DNA of 44,358 nucleotides from Kiritimatiellia bacterium (GCA_017424105.1 JAFPBK010000010.1:1-44358); one strand, 5' to 3'; numbered from the stretch's first letter, positions 26,734-36,489 are shown. Notes: generated from the letters alone by a model not told the origin. Numbers and translations are program-made.

Positions 26734-27651
26734 TTACTCCTTCACTAGTTGTGCCGGTACTCTATATTTTTTGCCGTCTTGCTCAATAATTATCGTTGAG
26801 TCAAATATAATTGGATCTAAAACATTATCAGTTATAACACCACCGGTTGCTTTAATTGGAATTGGTGTTTCAAACCTTGCAGAGGTCTGCACAGACGTTG
26901 TAGCCTTGAAAAAGCCACTCTGTGTGTTAGCAGTGCTGATGCTAACTTGTGCAAAGCCATTACCTAAATCAACCCATGTTGGACTTTCAACAATCGTGAA
27001 ATCATTTGCTAAAGACGTAGAAAAATAAATAATTGGGAAATCTCCTCCGGCATACGGATATTCAATGGTTACAATCTCGTTTTGAGCATCCATATCAATG
27101 CTATTGGCTCTTGCTCCAACGATCACTGAACCGCCTTGCACGATGCTAATATAGTCCGTATTATTAAGTCCCCAACGGATGCTGCCATCTTGGCCATTGT
27201 TCGCAAACGCAACAGCACCATCCGTAACCATTACACTATATGCTCCGGAGGTTTCGAAGTGTATTCCAGAGCCAACAACGAGTGCCGGCTTATTGAGGTA
27301 AACCATATAGTCAGGTTCTGGGTTCGCAGTTCCGTCAGGAGCATAGTTTCCCCAATTAGAGGTCACTCTAGCGATTGCATTCCAGATTGCGTTCGTGGAA
27401 GCTGCATCAGGTGTGCCTTTTGGAAGTGCGGTAGACTGCCACACGATATTGGTAGAAGTAAGGTCCTCGCTCACATTGAACCATGACAGGGTTTTATCCT
27501 TGTCAACGCTGAACCATGCGGTAGGACTAGTCACGTAGGACGAAGGCAATGCGTCAACAGCCTTGGTCGGTTCGCCATAGATGCGATCTGGTTCGTTGGC
27601 AAGGATGGTTGTTGCAAATAGTGCAACTGCCACTAGAGATAGTGATTTCAT
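26734..27651 (-). CDS. Sec-signal-peptide protein at the end of the tail module (receptor-binding or surface moron; function unknown).
   Basis: MKSLSLVAVALFATTILA-NEP is a classic signal peptide. The gene is tightly packed (TAAcATG) behind the fibre-like gene. Confidence 0.5.
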   Translation of the reverse strand: MKSLSLVAVALFATTILANEPDRIYGEPTKAVDALPSSYVTSPTAWFSVDKDKTLSWFNVSEDLTSTNIVWQSTALPKGTPDAASTNAIWNAIARVTSNWGNYAPDGTANPEPDYMVYLNKPALVVGSGIHFETSGAYSVMVTDGAVAFANNGQDGSIRWGLNNTDYISIVQGGSVIVGARANSIDMDAQNEIVTIEYPYAGGDFPIIYFSTSLANDFTIVESPTWVDLGNGFAQVSISTANTQSGFFKATTSVQTSARFETPIPIKATGGVITDNVLDPIIFDSTIIIEQDGKKYRVPAQLVKE

Positions 27652-27652
27652 G

Positions 27653-28747
27653 TTAGTTTTCTCCTGAGAAATTGGTTAGACGGTATGGTGTTAGGTGTAA
27701 TTCTCCGTTTGTAACAGAGATTGTGTAACCTTCACCAGTGGCGGTATCACGCAACAGTCTTTCAGTTATTAACTTATAGTTGCCGCTCATTTGATATTCA
27801 AATGCTTGAGTGAATGACGGCATTGTATCGCCAAACATAGTAATGTTTTGGAATATTTCGGATTCTTGAATCTGTAAGTCTCGCACAGGGCTCACACCAT
27901 AGAATAGAGTTGTGCCCTCATTCTTGTGATTAAGAATTATACAGTAGAAATAGAGTTTATTTTCTCCTTCTGACAATGCTGGTGTATCTGTGAAAAAGCA
28001 TAAGCGACCATTGCTAGTGAAACTCGCTATCTTCCACGTGCCTTGCCATCGGATTGTGTTATTAGCTAACATTATTCCGCCAGCTGGAGGTGCATATGGT
28101 CCGATATTCAATTCTATTTCACCCCCGCCTTCATTGTACATCAGAGGGTCAAAATCAAAGTCGATAATGCCATTAGTGCCTCCGCCGACATCATCAAATG
28201 CTACATATAATTTGCCTGCTGTCTTATCTTTGTCTTGAATCTGACTTGCAGAAATCTCGCCACCATTGAGAGCTGCAATCTCTTCCTTTAGTCGAGTAAG
28301 CTCTGCATCAAGGTAGTCTTTGGTGTAGTATGGAGCATTAATTACCGTAAATGCTCTGAAATCGAGTGTGTTAGTTGGTTTAGGAAGCTGATTAGGAACG
28401 AAACCTGGGCTTTTCTGCATTCTAAATTTGCCATAAACTCTATATGACTGGTCATCTCCTGGTCCTGTTAGTCGGATAAACCAGCGATATAGTTCTGCAC
28501 CAGTATCCATAGAGCCCTTCCAGTCAACTGTAACTGTAGAGCCTATGCGAGACGCAGTTGTAGTGTACCAAGAATCGCCCATGCAAGGGTCTTGCCAAAG
28601 CATTTCAATGGTGTTGCTTGTGCTTGTCCAAGGTTCTCCGTTGATTATGATGTCAATGTGAAGTTCTATAGATTCACCGTGCATCACTGGCAGGTCTATC
28701 GACCGTGGATATGCTAAGTCTATTTGGTATTTAAATTTGTTAATCAT
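27653..28747 (-). CDS. Tail fibre / receptor-binding protein with a BppU-N-like N-terminal domain.
   Basis: The N-terminus YQIDLAYPRSIDLPVMHGESIELHIDIIINGEPW resembles the BppU/tail-fibre N-domain, followed by a coiled-coil (LDAELTRLKEEIAALNG). Confidence 0.45.
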   Translation of the reverse strand: MINKFKYQIDLAYPRSIDLPVMHGESIELHIDIIINGEPWTSTSNTIEMLWQDPCMGDSWYTTTASRIGSTVTVDWKGSMDTGAELYRWFIRLTGPGDDQSYRVYGKFRMQKSPGFVPNQLPKPTNTLDFRAFTVINAPYYTKDYLDAELTRLKEEIAALNGGEISASQIQDKDKTAGKLYVAFDDVGGGTNGIIDFDFDPLMYNEGGGEIELNIGPYAPPAGGIMLANNTIRWQGTWKIASFTSNGRLCFFTDTPALSEGENKLYFYCIILNHKNEGTTLFYGVSPVRDLQIQESEIFQNITMFGDTMPSFTQAFEYQMSGNYKLITERLLRDTATGEGYTISVTNGELHLTPYRLTNFSGEN

Positions 28748-28757
28748 TGTCTTTCCT

Positions 28758-29810
28758 CTAGTTTAGTACTTTAAATTTAAGAGATTCGCTGAAATCAATC
28801 ATCACAGAGTCAATAGCCCAAGAGCAAATGTAATCTCCCTTAGAGCCTCTAACTGTTGGTGCGATGGGTAGTTTTTTTGCTCCCCAACCTTCTTCTGGTA
28901 GTATTGGGATAATATCTCCGAGTTGATGTGTTCCTAGGTTGTTCCATCCGAGTTTAAGTCCTGTGCCAAAATCATAGTACCAAGAATCGTCTTGCTCTCC
29001 ATCTTTGGTTCGAGTCGATGTGCAATGCACATTAACTATGCCTGGCATATTGAAGCTATAAGGTATGCCGCCATCGTTGCAATTCAACTCAAGCTCCTCA
29101 TGTCTGTAACTGTTTGCCGATGCATCGTATCTCCAAAAAGCTTCAACTGCGGATGAATTTGCCTCATCTCGAATCTCTTGAGCCTCTTCCCACGTTGGCT
29201 CGTCTTCTTCTGAATATTCTTCCCAATCTATTCCATATTGAGGCCTGTCTACATCTGTAGCATACACCCTCGAATATACTTTAGTTAGTCTTCCGATTGT
29301 ATTTTTGTACTTTATTAACGCAGCCATTACTGCTTTTAAGTCAATCGTAGAGAGCCTATGGCAAGGAAGAAATTCGTCAAGGTTTGCTAACAGACTGTGA
29401 TGCGTTAATCTTAGATAATCATCATAGTCTTCAAGTGCTTGTGAATGTCCGTCCACATAAGGATAAATAAAGTCATGAGGCATCCAGAAAGATTGATTAG
29501 CAAAAGCCAAGAGTCGATAGTCTGTTCTTTCGTAATCTAGATTGAGGTCTGTGACTTCATCTACGATGTCTTTAAGAATGTCTAGTCTGTTTTTTATTTC
29601 GGATAAAAAATCATTAATCGCAGCAAGAGAAATGCCATTATACTCGAGGACAGGTATTCCCAAAGTAGCTGTATCAATATGTGGAATGTTCGAGGATCCA
29701 GCGAACATTCTTTCTCTTATAGCGAGAATAATCGCCATAAAGTGCGCTCTTGTTGGCTTTGTGGTCTCAGCCCATTCTAAATCCTCGAAGCAAGTAGGTA
29801 ATTTAATCAT
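28758..29810 (-). CDS. Tail/baseplate-module hypothetical protein.
   Basis: Long ORF in the tightly packed tail operon. No recognisable motif. Confidence 0.5.
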   Translation of the reverse strand: MIKLPTCFEDLEWAETTKPTRAHFMAIILAIRERMFAGSSNIPHIDTATLGIPVLEYNGISLAAINDFLSEIKNRLDILKDIVDEVTDLNLDYERTDYRLLAFANQSFWMPHDFIYPYVDGHSQALEDYDDYLRLTHHSLLANLDEFLPCHRLSTIDLKAVMAALIKYKNTIGRLTKVYSRVYATDVDRPQYGIDWEEYSEEDEPTWEEAQEIRDEANSSAVEAFWRYDASANSYRHEELELNCNDGGIPYSFNMPGIVNVHCTSTRTKDGEQDDSWYYDFGTGLKLGWNNLGTHQLGDIIPILPEEGWGAKKLPIAPTVRGSKGDYICSWAIDSVMIDFSESLKFKVLN

Positions 29811-29811
29811 A

Positions 29812-30687
29812 TCATCTCCATGCAGGGGTATCAGCCACCCATACTCGTTGATAATCTGTGCGTAAGTCTTGGCACCCGTCCCAGCTCAAAGTTATATTAG
29901 CAGGTGTTGTCGCCCCTTCAATATTACGCCCAATAGCTATTACAGTGCCTCCTAGAACTAATGCTGAGTCTGGGATTTCGTGCCATCCAGATGGACTGCC
30001 ATACGTGCCAATAATGTAAGCAGCCGCATCCTCATTATAGGATAATCCCTTAGGAGCAATGTTCCCTACGGTGCTGTCGTATGCCGCATTAATCTTAATA
30101 TTCTTGTCGGGAGATTTCCACGTGGGAGTTCCAATGAATCTATATTGTCCTTCGTACTTGCCTTTGCCGAGATAAATACCACAGAGAGAAGGGTCGAACG
30201 ATTGCTGTTCCCACCAGCCAAAGCTTGGATTAGTTACAGTAATAGTAGCTGTAGTATCGCCGTCAACTTCGTTAAGAGTGAACTTCTGTGTACCTCCAGC
30301 GTGATTCAACCAATCAATATTGACTGTTCCTGCCCAATAACGATTGCCTATTCTCGTTCCGTTAAAAAGGCCACAATATGGCTCTCCATAGATGCCATCG
30401 GTTCTCAGCTTCCCATTAATAAGCACATAAAGGTCATCTTTTTCAATAAACGTATTCGCATCAATCTGCTGCAACTTTTTAGTGTGGTTTGACTCGCTTA
30501 ATTTCGCAGTAATCTGATGAGCAGGGAGTTCGTCTAAAACAACGTATTTTTCCCCCATCCCCGGCATTTTAGTAAAGAGGAATAGAGGCTCATTATTATC
30601 CATGAGCAAAATTCTTGCATTGCCGTAGTATGGGTGATGAGACACGCAGAAAGTTGGTCTAATACTTGTGTTTTTAGCTTCCCACAT
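29812..30687 (-). CDS. Tail/baseplate-module hypothetical protein.
   Basis: Long ORF. TAATG overlap with the upstream gene. Confidence 0.5.
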   Translation of the reverse strand: MWEAKNTSIRPTFCVSHHPYYGNARILLMDNNEPLFLFTKMPGMGEKYVVLDELPAHQITAKLSESNHTKKLQQIDANTFIEKDDLYVLINGKLRTDGIYGEPYCGLFNGTRIGNRYWAGTVNIDWLNHAGGTQKFTLNEVDGDTTATITVTNPSFGWWEQQSFDPSLCGIYLGKGKYEGQYRFIGTPTWKSPDKNIKINAAYDSTVGNIAPKGLSYNEDAAAYIIGTYGSPSGWHEIPDSALVLGGTVIAIGRNIEGATTPANITLSWDGCQDLRTDYQRVWVADTPAWR

Positions 30688-31154
30688 TATTCACCTCCAC
30701 TTAATACTTCAGTTGATCCAGAGTCTAAAGGTCTTACAAGAGTCTTGTATACCAAAATGGGGTCGCCTTCGTTGTAGGCGGAAAACTCTATCATATTGTT
30801 ACACACAAACACGAAATCATCAGTCGTTATCTCTTTTGAACCATCTTCGCTTTCTACCTTAATGTTTATGCTGTAGCCAGCACCGTTAGGAGTTGTTCCA
30901 ACGATTGTCCCAACGGTGGCTAGCGTCATTAGAGGCTGAATGTTAATATTGGTAATGGTTATATCACTCGCCTCAATGATTTGACCTTGCTCGGTCTGCG
31001 TGATGCGGATTCCTGGTCCTGCAATAATCCGATTTTTACGAGCAAAATCCGCGATTTCTTGCTGCCGTCCCATTCCTTGTGATTGCCCAACAAAAGGGTC
31101 GTTGATTCCGTGTAGGGCCATTGCAACCTCTGCTGCACCATCTAGTTTTGCCAT
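30687..31154 (-). CDS. Tail-module hypothetical protein.
   Basis: ORF packed within the operon. Confidence 0.5.
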   Translation of the reverse strand: MAKLDGAAEVAMALHGINDPFVGQSQGMGRQQEIADFARKNRIIAGPGIRITQTEQGQIIEASDITITNINIQPLMTLATVGTIVGTTPNGAGYSINIKVESEDGSKEITTDDFVFVCNNMIEFSAYNEGDPILVYKTLVRPLDSGSTEVLSGGE

Positions 31155-31165
31155 CTCTTAGTCTC

Positions 31166-31981
31166 CTAGTTCGCTGGTTGGTATAGTTTTTCTTCGATTT
31201 TAGTGCCTCCTATCCAGCGAAGAGTCACTTGACTTATCCCATTAGCTTGCTGGGCTATCTTACAATCGGTGAGCAGCCACTTCTCTGCATCTGTACGATT
31301 AAGAATGTTGTCCCAGTCGGTAGTACCCATCCTGTGTTCATTAAGCAACGTCACAAGTTCGGAGGTTGTGTATTGTTTGTCTAAATTTTCAAAAAATTCC
31401 CAAGCAGTATTAGGATCTGCGAATGAAGCGGTTACCGATGGAGCGTGTACGGTGTATGAATTAATGCCATTATATATCATCTTAGCAAGTTCTAGTGTGT
31501 TGTCAGTAAGAGATGTAGCTGTGTCGCTGTCATCCTGATATTTAAAGGATTTATAAAGCTCAGGGTCCTTGTCTGCTGTAGCTTCCCACCTCCCTAATAT
31601 AACCAAATCAGGCGGATCACCTTCTTGCGGTTCCCAGGTTCTGATATTCTTTGGAACAGCCAAAGAATCAAGCGAGATAAGCCATTTTTGATGATTAGAT
31701 TTATCGTAGATACCGACGGATATAGTCGCATCGCCGAGGCTCGCTTCTCTGCGTGTGCATTGTGATGCACACACTATTCCTCCTCCAAGTTTGTCTTGAG
31801 GCAATAACTCGCCATCATTCTCGATTGATGTTCCTAGAGGGTATTTTTCCACGCGCTCTTTGACCTTATCAAATAGTCCACTCCAGGAATAAGTGTAGAT
31901 AGTGTATCCATTAGCTTGCTGCACGGAGGCTTTCACTGAAAGCGTCTCTTCGGTAGTTGTGGTTGTGGTTGTATCAGCCAT
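31166..31981 (-). CDS. Distal-tail-position hypothetical protein.
   Basis: Immediately downstream of the tape-measure gene. The call rests on position only. Confidence 0.4.
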   Translation of the reverse strand: MADTTTTTTTEETLSVKASVQQANGYTIYTYSWSGLFDKVKERVEKYPLGTSIENDGELLPQDKLGGGIVCASQCTRREASLGDATISVGIYDKSNHQKWLISLDSLAVPKNIRTWEPQEGDPPDLVILGRWEATADKDPELYKSFKYQDDSDTATSLTDNTLELAKMIYNGINSYTVHAPSVTASFADPNTAWEFFENLDKQYTTSELVTLLNEHRMGTTDWDNILNRTDAEKWLLTDCKIAQQANGISQVTLRWIGGTKIEEKLYQPAN

Positions 31982-31991
31982 GTGTTCTTCC

Positions 31992-33002
31992 TCAATTTAG
32001 TGTTAGTGGAGCAGATATCTCTGTGTATGTGCTAGAGTTTACTTTATTAACCCAAGCTAATAAGTTGTCGTTGATTTTAGTTAGCATATCTAGCTGCTTG
32101 TCTTGGATGTCTGACATATTAACCTCGTTCCCAATCGTTATGCCTTGTTGTGCATAAGAGTCTATAAGCTCTCCAGCTTGATATTCTTTAAATGGTGTTG
32201 TGTTTTTTTCTTCAAAAAGCCTTGCAAAATTCAAGTCATAGATACTTTTCTTACTCTCAAGTAATTTGCTGATACGTTGGAATTCTGAAGTATCTTGTTT
32301 CTTGTCATAAATCATTTGGTTGCGGCGGAATTCTAGGTTATAGATGCCTTCACTTCCAGATGTAACATTCCCAATCTGTTGCTTATAGTGCTCTATTCTT
32401 CTTGAGCGACCCATTCTGTCTAGTGCTAGATTCTCAGCAATCTGAGATATGCCGATATTCTTGCTCATTTGCTCGCCCTCTCGCCCAATCTCAAGAGCAT
32501 TGAAGCTTTTAATGGTTTCCTTTAATTGTTCCATCTTTTTTTCGTAGAATCCATAAGCTCCACCTACCACTGCACCTGCTAATGCACCCCAAGGGCCTCC
32601 TAGCATTGCACCACGAGCAACTCCTTCGGCTGCTCCTGTAGCGGTACTCTCTGCAAGGTCTACTTTTGCATTACCTCCATCGGCACTGCGAAAGGAATCT
32701 GCTATTATGCCAATTCCAGATTTTGATACTTTCCCAATAAATTCGGCCGTAAATAGCTTGCCAGCTGTTTTGCCCCAGTTATGTGGATCAATTCCAGAAG
32801 GAGAAGCAGGTGGTGTAGTGCTACTATTGCCTGAAGGTGTTGAGTTATTGCCATTAGGCATAGATGGAGAACCATTGCTGCTGCCACCTCCAGCGTTGAT
32901 TTTAGCTTCTGCTTCTTTTATCTTAGCCTGAAGCTCTTTGAGTTTTTCTTCAGCTTCCTTGGTATCTGCTGATATGCCAATAATTACTTCATTATCTGCC
33001 AT
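31992..33002 (-). CDS. Tape measure protein (short, 336 aa).
   Basis: Follows the G/GT chaperone pair. Coiled-coil N-terminus and a glycine-zipper segment GGPWGALAGAVVGGAYGFY. Confidence 0.6.
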   Translation of the reverse strand: MADNEVIIGISADTKEAEEKLKELQAKIKEAEAKINAGGGSSNGSPSMPNGNNSTPSGNSSTTPPASPSGIDPHNWGKTAGKLFTAEFIGKVSKSGIGIIADSFRSADGGNAKVDLAESTATGAAEGVARGAMLGGPWGALAGAVVGGAYGFYEKKMEQLKETIKSFNALEIGREGEQMSKNIGISQIAENLALDRMGRSRRIEHYKQQIGNVTSGSEGIYNLEFRRNQMIYDKKQDTSEFQRISKLLESKKSIYDLNFARLFEEKNTTPFKEYQAGELIDSYAQQGITIGNEVNMSDIQDKQLDMLTKINDNLLAWVNKVNSSTYTEISAPLTLN

Positions 33003-33545
33003 TCTGTTGCTCCAGTTCCTTGAAAGATTGTTCTATATATTCTAAATCACCCCATGTAGCTGTCTTATTTCCCATATATGTTTGTACATAAACTCGCCAC
33101 ATTGCGGCTATTTGGTGTGCAGGAATCTCCCATAAGACATAGTCAATATGCCAGGAATATCTAGCACATGCCCATTCTACTAGGTCAATTATTACGCCAT
33201 TGGTTCGTTTGTTGTTTTTTTTTGAGATTCCTCTTGTTTAGGCAATGTCTCGTAATACAGGCAGATTGCATCAACTAATTGATTGACCTCTTTGATGAGC
33301 TCAAGCTTGGTAATGGAATCTAGCCAAATGGTAGCCTCTGCCAAAGCTTCTGTACGGTTAAGTGTAAGTATATGTTTACGGTCTTGCTTGAGAAGCCAGC
33401 ATGCAAAGCCATTTTCTAGCATTGATGAAAAATCACCGTGAATCGCAGAAATCTCAAACTTCTCAAGAATAAGTAGTTCTCCTAACTTGAGAGGAGCTGG
33501 TGTGAGAAGTGCGTCGATTGACTTTGTTGGATTAAGTTCGCTCAT
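32992..33545 (-). CDS. Tail assembly chaperone -1 frameshift fusion (lambda GT analogue).
   Basis: The -1 frame entered at CAA AAA AAA A (33215-33223) stays open for 68 codons across the otherwise ORF-less gap. It stops at 32992, overlapping the tape-measure ATG. Confidence 0.7.
33192..33545 (-). CDS. Tail assembly chaperone (lambda G analogue), 0-frame product.
   Basis: Position between the tail tube genes and the tape measure. Acidic small protein. Contains the A9 slippery run near its 3' end. Confidence 0.65.
   Translation of the reverse strand: MSELNPTKSIDALLTPAPLKLGELLILEKFEISAIHGDFSSMLENGFACWLLKQDRKHILTLNRTEALAEATIWLDSITKLELIKEVNQLVDAICLYYETLPKQEESQKKTTNEPMA
33215..33223 (-). other. 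Slippery sequence (A9) for programmed -1 ribosomal frameshifting.
   Basis: T9 on the + strand, equal to A AAA AAA A in the 0 frame of the chaperone gene. Confidence 0.65.
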
Positions 33546-33880
33546 TATTCAGCCTTAGCCTTCTCGATAGACGTAATCTTCTTCGTGCCTTTGCAAGAAA
33601 TTCTTGCTGTTTGGAAATTCTGGTTGTTCTCAATTTCCTCAACGGAAGATATATATAGGTCTTTGTCGTTAACCTTGATAGTGTCACCCACCTTTGGCAA
33701 CTCTCCTGTTGTTACGATGGTAACAGTTCCTTGGTATTCCTTGTCATACTGCTGCACGCGTATCACTTGACCTATTTCGTTGCGGCATTCTCCTGTTTTG
33801 TGTGTTTCTACAAGGTCTTGAGATTGAATAATGCCATAGGTTAATGTGTCCTTAATTGCCCAGGTTGCTATATCTGCCAT
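33545..33880 (-). CDS. Small tail protein, paralogue of 33884-34285.
   Basis: Shares ATW..I...G(V/I)(V/I)...E.G.V.R...TIVT...LP..GD.I.(I/V)...Y(W/I)...E.N..(W/F)...RIS with the upstream ORF. Confidence 0.5.
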   Translation of the reverse strand: MADIATWAIKDTLTYGIIQSQDLVETHKTGECRNEIGQVIRVQQYDKEYQGTVTIVTTGELPKVGDTIKVNDKDLYISSVEEIENNQNFQTARISCKGTKKITSIEKAKAE

Positions 33881-33883
33881 AAA

Positions 33884-34285
33884 TTATTCCTCCTTAGATT
33901 CCATTGATTTCATTGAATCCGTTTTGTCTAGTTTGTCGCAGTGCTCATACTGTTCAGCTGAAATGCGAACAGATGTCCACTGACTGTTGCTTTCTGTCTT
34001 AGTTATATTGTTAATCCAGTATTTTTCCGAGTCAATAGTGATCTCATCGCCTGTTTCTGGTAGAGTAACATCGTTTTTCGTAACAATGGTAGCCTCAATA
34101 GTCTTGTGCTCTTCGATTATCTTGCGAAGGACTGCTGTACCTTCCTCGTCCTGAACGTATGGTGTCTCTATTGCTTCTGTAGTGATAGAAAAATCAGTTA
34201 CAACACCCTCATTAATTTTTAGTTTGTCACTATCAACAGAAGTGATACCCCAAGTTGCTGTTGTTGCTGTAGTTGTTACTGCCAT
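33884..34285 (-). CDS. Probable major tail (tube) protein.
   Basis: Position directly before the chaperone pair. 133 aa. Confidence 0.45.
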   Translation of the reverse strand: MAVTTTATTATWGITSVDSDKLKINEGVVTDFSITTEAIETPYVQDEEGTAVLRKIIEEHKTIEATIVTKNDVTLPETGDEITIDSEKYWINNITKTESNSQWTSVRISAEQYEHCDKLDKTDSMKSMESKEE

Positions 34286-34289
34286 TTTT

Positions 34290-34697
34290 TTACTCCTTTA
34301 TGTGAATTAAAGTTTTATATTTGCTTGTGGACTGGAATACTCCAGCCTCTAAAATCTCGTTTTCTACGCTTGTTCGGCGTTGCTCGTGGTTGTTGAGCAC
34401 CTTGCCTATCTCAAGCGAAATGTCTAATGCTGACATAAAATCAGCTCGTTGGCGATTGATTGGGACTAATTCAGTGATCAATAGACTAAAATGAACTAAT
34501 TCTGCTGGGTGTTGGTCTTCGATGCGGTCAATAACTATGCAGCAGGTTAATCCGTCTAGCTCGCTAAGCTCTTTGTTGATGAGCTGCAATATGTCGCCTT
34601 CATCTTGGCAGACGACATTGACATTGTGTTGCTTAATGATGTCAAGCTCGTTAAGCTCTCGCTTTATTTTCTCTCTAACAAATTGTGCTGCATTCAT
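34290..34697 (-). CDS. Head-tail joining hypothetical protein.
   Basis: Position only. Confidence 0.4.
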   Translation of the reverse strand: MNAAQFVREKIKRELNELDIIKQHNVNVVCQDEGDILQLINKELSELDGLTCCIVIDRIEDQHPAELVHFSLLITELVPINRQRADFMSALDISLEIGKVLNNHEQRRTSVENEILEAGVFQSTSKYKTLIHIKE

Positions 34698-35266
34698 TGT
34701 ATTGCTCCTAAAATTCTCTCTATCACTGCCAAATATCCCGCTTTTGCTGATTCTATGAGCTCTGCATCAGATGGCAGCAAACTTCTATCTTGTGGCAGGG
34801 TCACACGCTTTTTGAGGGCGTAGAGAGGTGTAAATGTGCCTCCGTGGTCTGTCGCAAGTATACTTTTTACCTTAAAAATATTCATTGTGCGTGCTACCTC
34901 GCTAGCTCTTCTGCCATAAGCCCAGGCGTGCAGAGGAATAGTTAGTGCTTGTGCTTGCTTTGGCTTAATTGTGACTGATCCAAATACACGCTTGAAGCCA
35001 GGACTTTCGATTGATACTCCGTAGGCGTCACCTAATTCAACCTTATGAACCGACGTAGCTGCCTTTTGGAGGTGCCCTGTTGGTGAAGATCCTAATGCAG
35101 AGGCTGTTTTATGGTGAGTTTGGCCTACACCACGAACATGAGCTCTAATATCTGCTGTTAAGCGAGTGGCAGCACCATCAAGTAAGGTCTTTTTGCCAGC
35201 TTCGCCTAAAACACCAAATAATTTAGCTAATTGAGGGCTAACCTCTACCTTCGCTTCTAATCTCAT
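34694..35266 (-). CDS. Virion morphogenesis / tail completion protein (Mu G-like).
   Basis: The size and ..KPKQAQALTIPLHAWAYGRRA.. resemble the Mu G / HK97 gp10-type family. The stop and start overlap by 4 nt. Confidence 0.4.
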   Translation of the reverse strand: MRLEAKVEVSPQLAKLFGVLGEAGKKTLLDGAATRLTADIRAHVRGVGQTHHKTASALGSSPTGHLQKAATSVHKVELGDAYGVSIESPGFKRVFGSVTIKPKQAQALTIPLHAWAYGRRASEVARTMNIFKVKSILATDHGGTFTPLYALKKRVTLPQDRSLLPSDAELIESAKAGYLAVIERILGAIQ

Positions 35267-36039
35267 CCTCTTAGCTCCTTCAGCAATGCACTTTCGAAGC
35301 CTTTGCCAAGCTTTTGCAGAGCATCTGCAATCTCTTGCTCTCCTGGAGAAAGAGTTGGTGCTTTAGGCTGCTTAACTGCTTCATCAGAGCCAAATAAACC
35401 GAGCTTTTGACAGTCTTCGCGACTTACAGGTGTCCAATTTAGACCAGAGCGGAAGGCGAACGGAGGATAAGGATTGTCCAAAGTGTCCTTGAAGCCACCT
35501 GCACCATCTCCCAAAGCTTTCCAGATAGGAGAATCCTTTAGTGCAGTCATCTGTGTCTTGGAAGCACCTTTCCAACCTACTGAATCACCTGCTGCCTTCC
35601 AGCGTGCAGGCCAATCGCTACGAGGCTTAACTCTTCCTTCATATCGCTCTAGTGTCCAGCCAGGATATTGTGCTAAATCTTCAGGTGTTTGACCTTTAAG
35701 TTGAGCAATTGAGTGAGCCATCTGCCTCTGAGTGTCAAGCACTAGGTCTAGTCTAGCTTTAGAAGCTAGATTAGTTAGTCCTGTCTCTTCCGACTGATAG
35801 CCAATGTTATCAAGCATCTTCTGGAGGTGCTTGCGTGCTGTTGCTTGGTCAATGATACCAGTAGCAACCTTGGTGCAAATCTCCTGAAGTTTCTTTAGGG
35901 AGGAAGCATTGTGTGTGGTTGCAGAAAAGAAAGCACGGCGGCGAATTTCAGCTGCGAGCTGCTCTTTAATTTCTGCACTGTTTAAGTGAGTCGGTAAAAT
36001 TACCTTACTTAGAATTGCTCTTGCTGTGTCTGTAGCCAT
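35263..36039 (-). CDS. MuF-like minor head protein.
   Basis: ASKARLDLVLDTQRQMAHSIAQ resembles the MuF/SPP1 gp7 core (R..TE...A). It lies within the head module. Confidence 0.4.
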   Translation of the reverse strand: MATDTARAILSKVILPTHLNSAEIKEQLAAEIRRRAFFSATTHNASSLKKLQEICTKVATGIIDQATARKHLQKMLDNIGYQSEETGLTNLASKARLDLVLDTQRQMAHSIAQLKGQTPEDLAQYPGWTLERYEGRVKPRSDWPARWKAAGDSVGWKGASKTQMTALKDSPIWKALGDGAGGFKDTLDNPYPPFAFRSGLNWTPVSREDCQKLGLFGSDEAVKQPKAPTLSPGEQEIADALQKLGKGFESALLKELRG

Positions 36040-36469
36040 AATCGTCCAGCTTTCTGTGTGGGAAAGGTTCTGCGAATGAAGGCAACGCGTGGCTCTGAGG
36101 CTCTTCTAATGCTTCCTCTTCGTAAGATTCAGGTGTGATCTTATTCTGAGAAACCTTTTCGAAGAGCTCCAAAGCAGATTCGCGTGCCTTGCGTCTGTCC
36201 TCGCCTACAGCGAGAGGCAGACGCTTGAGAATATCAAATGCAGCGTAATCCATCGCTGGAGAAATCAGCGACTCTGGGAGTTCTCCATCAACAGGAGACA
36301 CCTTAATCGCACGATTAGCTCTGCAGTATGAACGCACCATCGCAGCAGTACGCTGAATTAGTGCCTCCACTGGGTCACCTGCCTCAAAGCTAGTGCTAGA
36401 GCGGTAAGCCTCAAGCTCCTTCGATGATAAGGTCGCTGCTATGTCTTCAAGTGTTGGTTTACGCCACAT
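36005..36469 (-). CDS. DUF1320 (Mu gp36-like) head-tail connector protein.
   Basis: SD AGGAGA is upstream. The pattern ..MVRSYCRANR..PESLISPAMDYAAFDILKRL.. is typical of DUF1320. Confidence 0.5.
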   Translation of the reverse strand: MWRKPTLEDIAATLSSKELEAYRSSTSFEAGDPVEALIQRTAAMVRSYCRANRAIKVSPVDGELPESLISPAMDYAAFDILKRLPLAVGEDRRKARESALELFEKVSQNKITPESYEEEALEEPQSHALPSFAEPFPHRKLDDYGYRHSKSNSK

Positions 36470-36489
36470 ATCTAATCTCCTAGCTTAGA

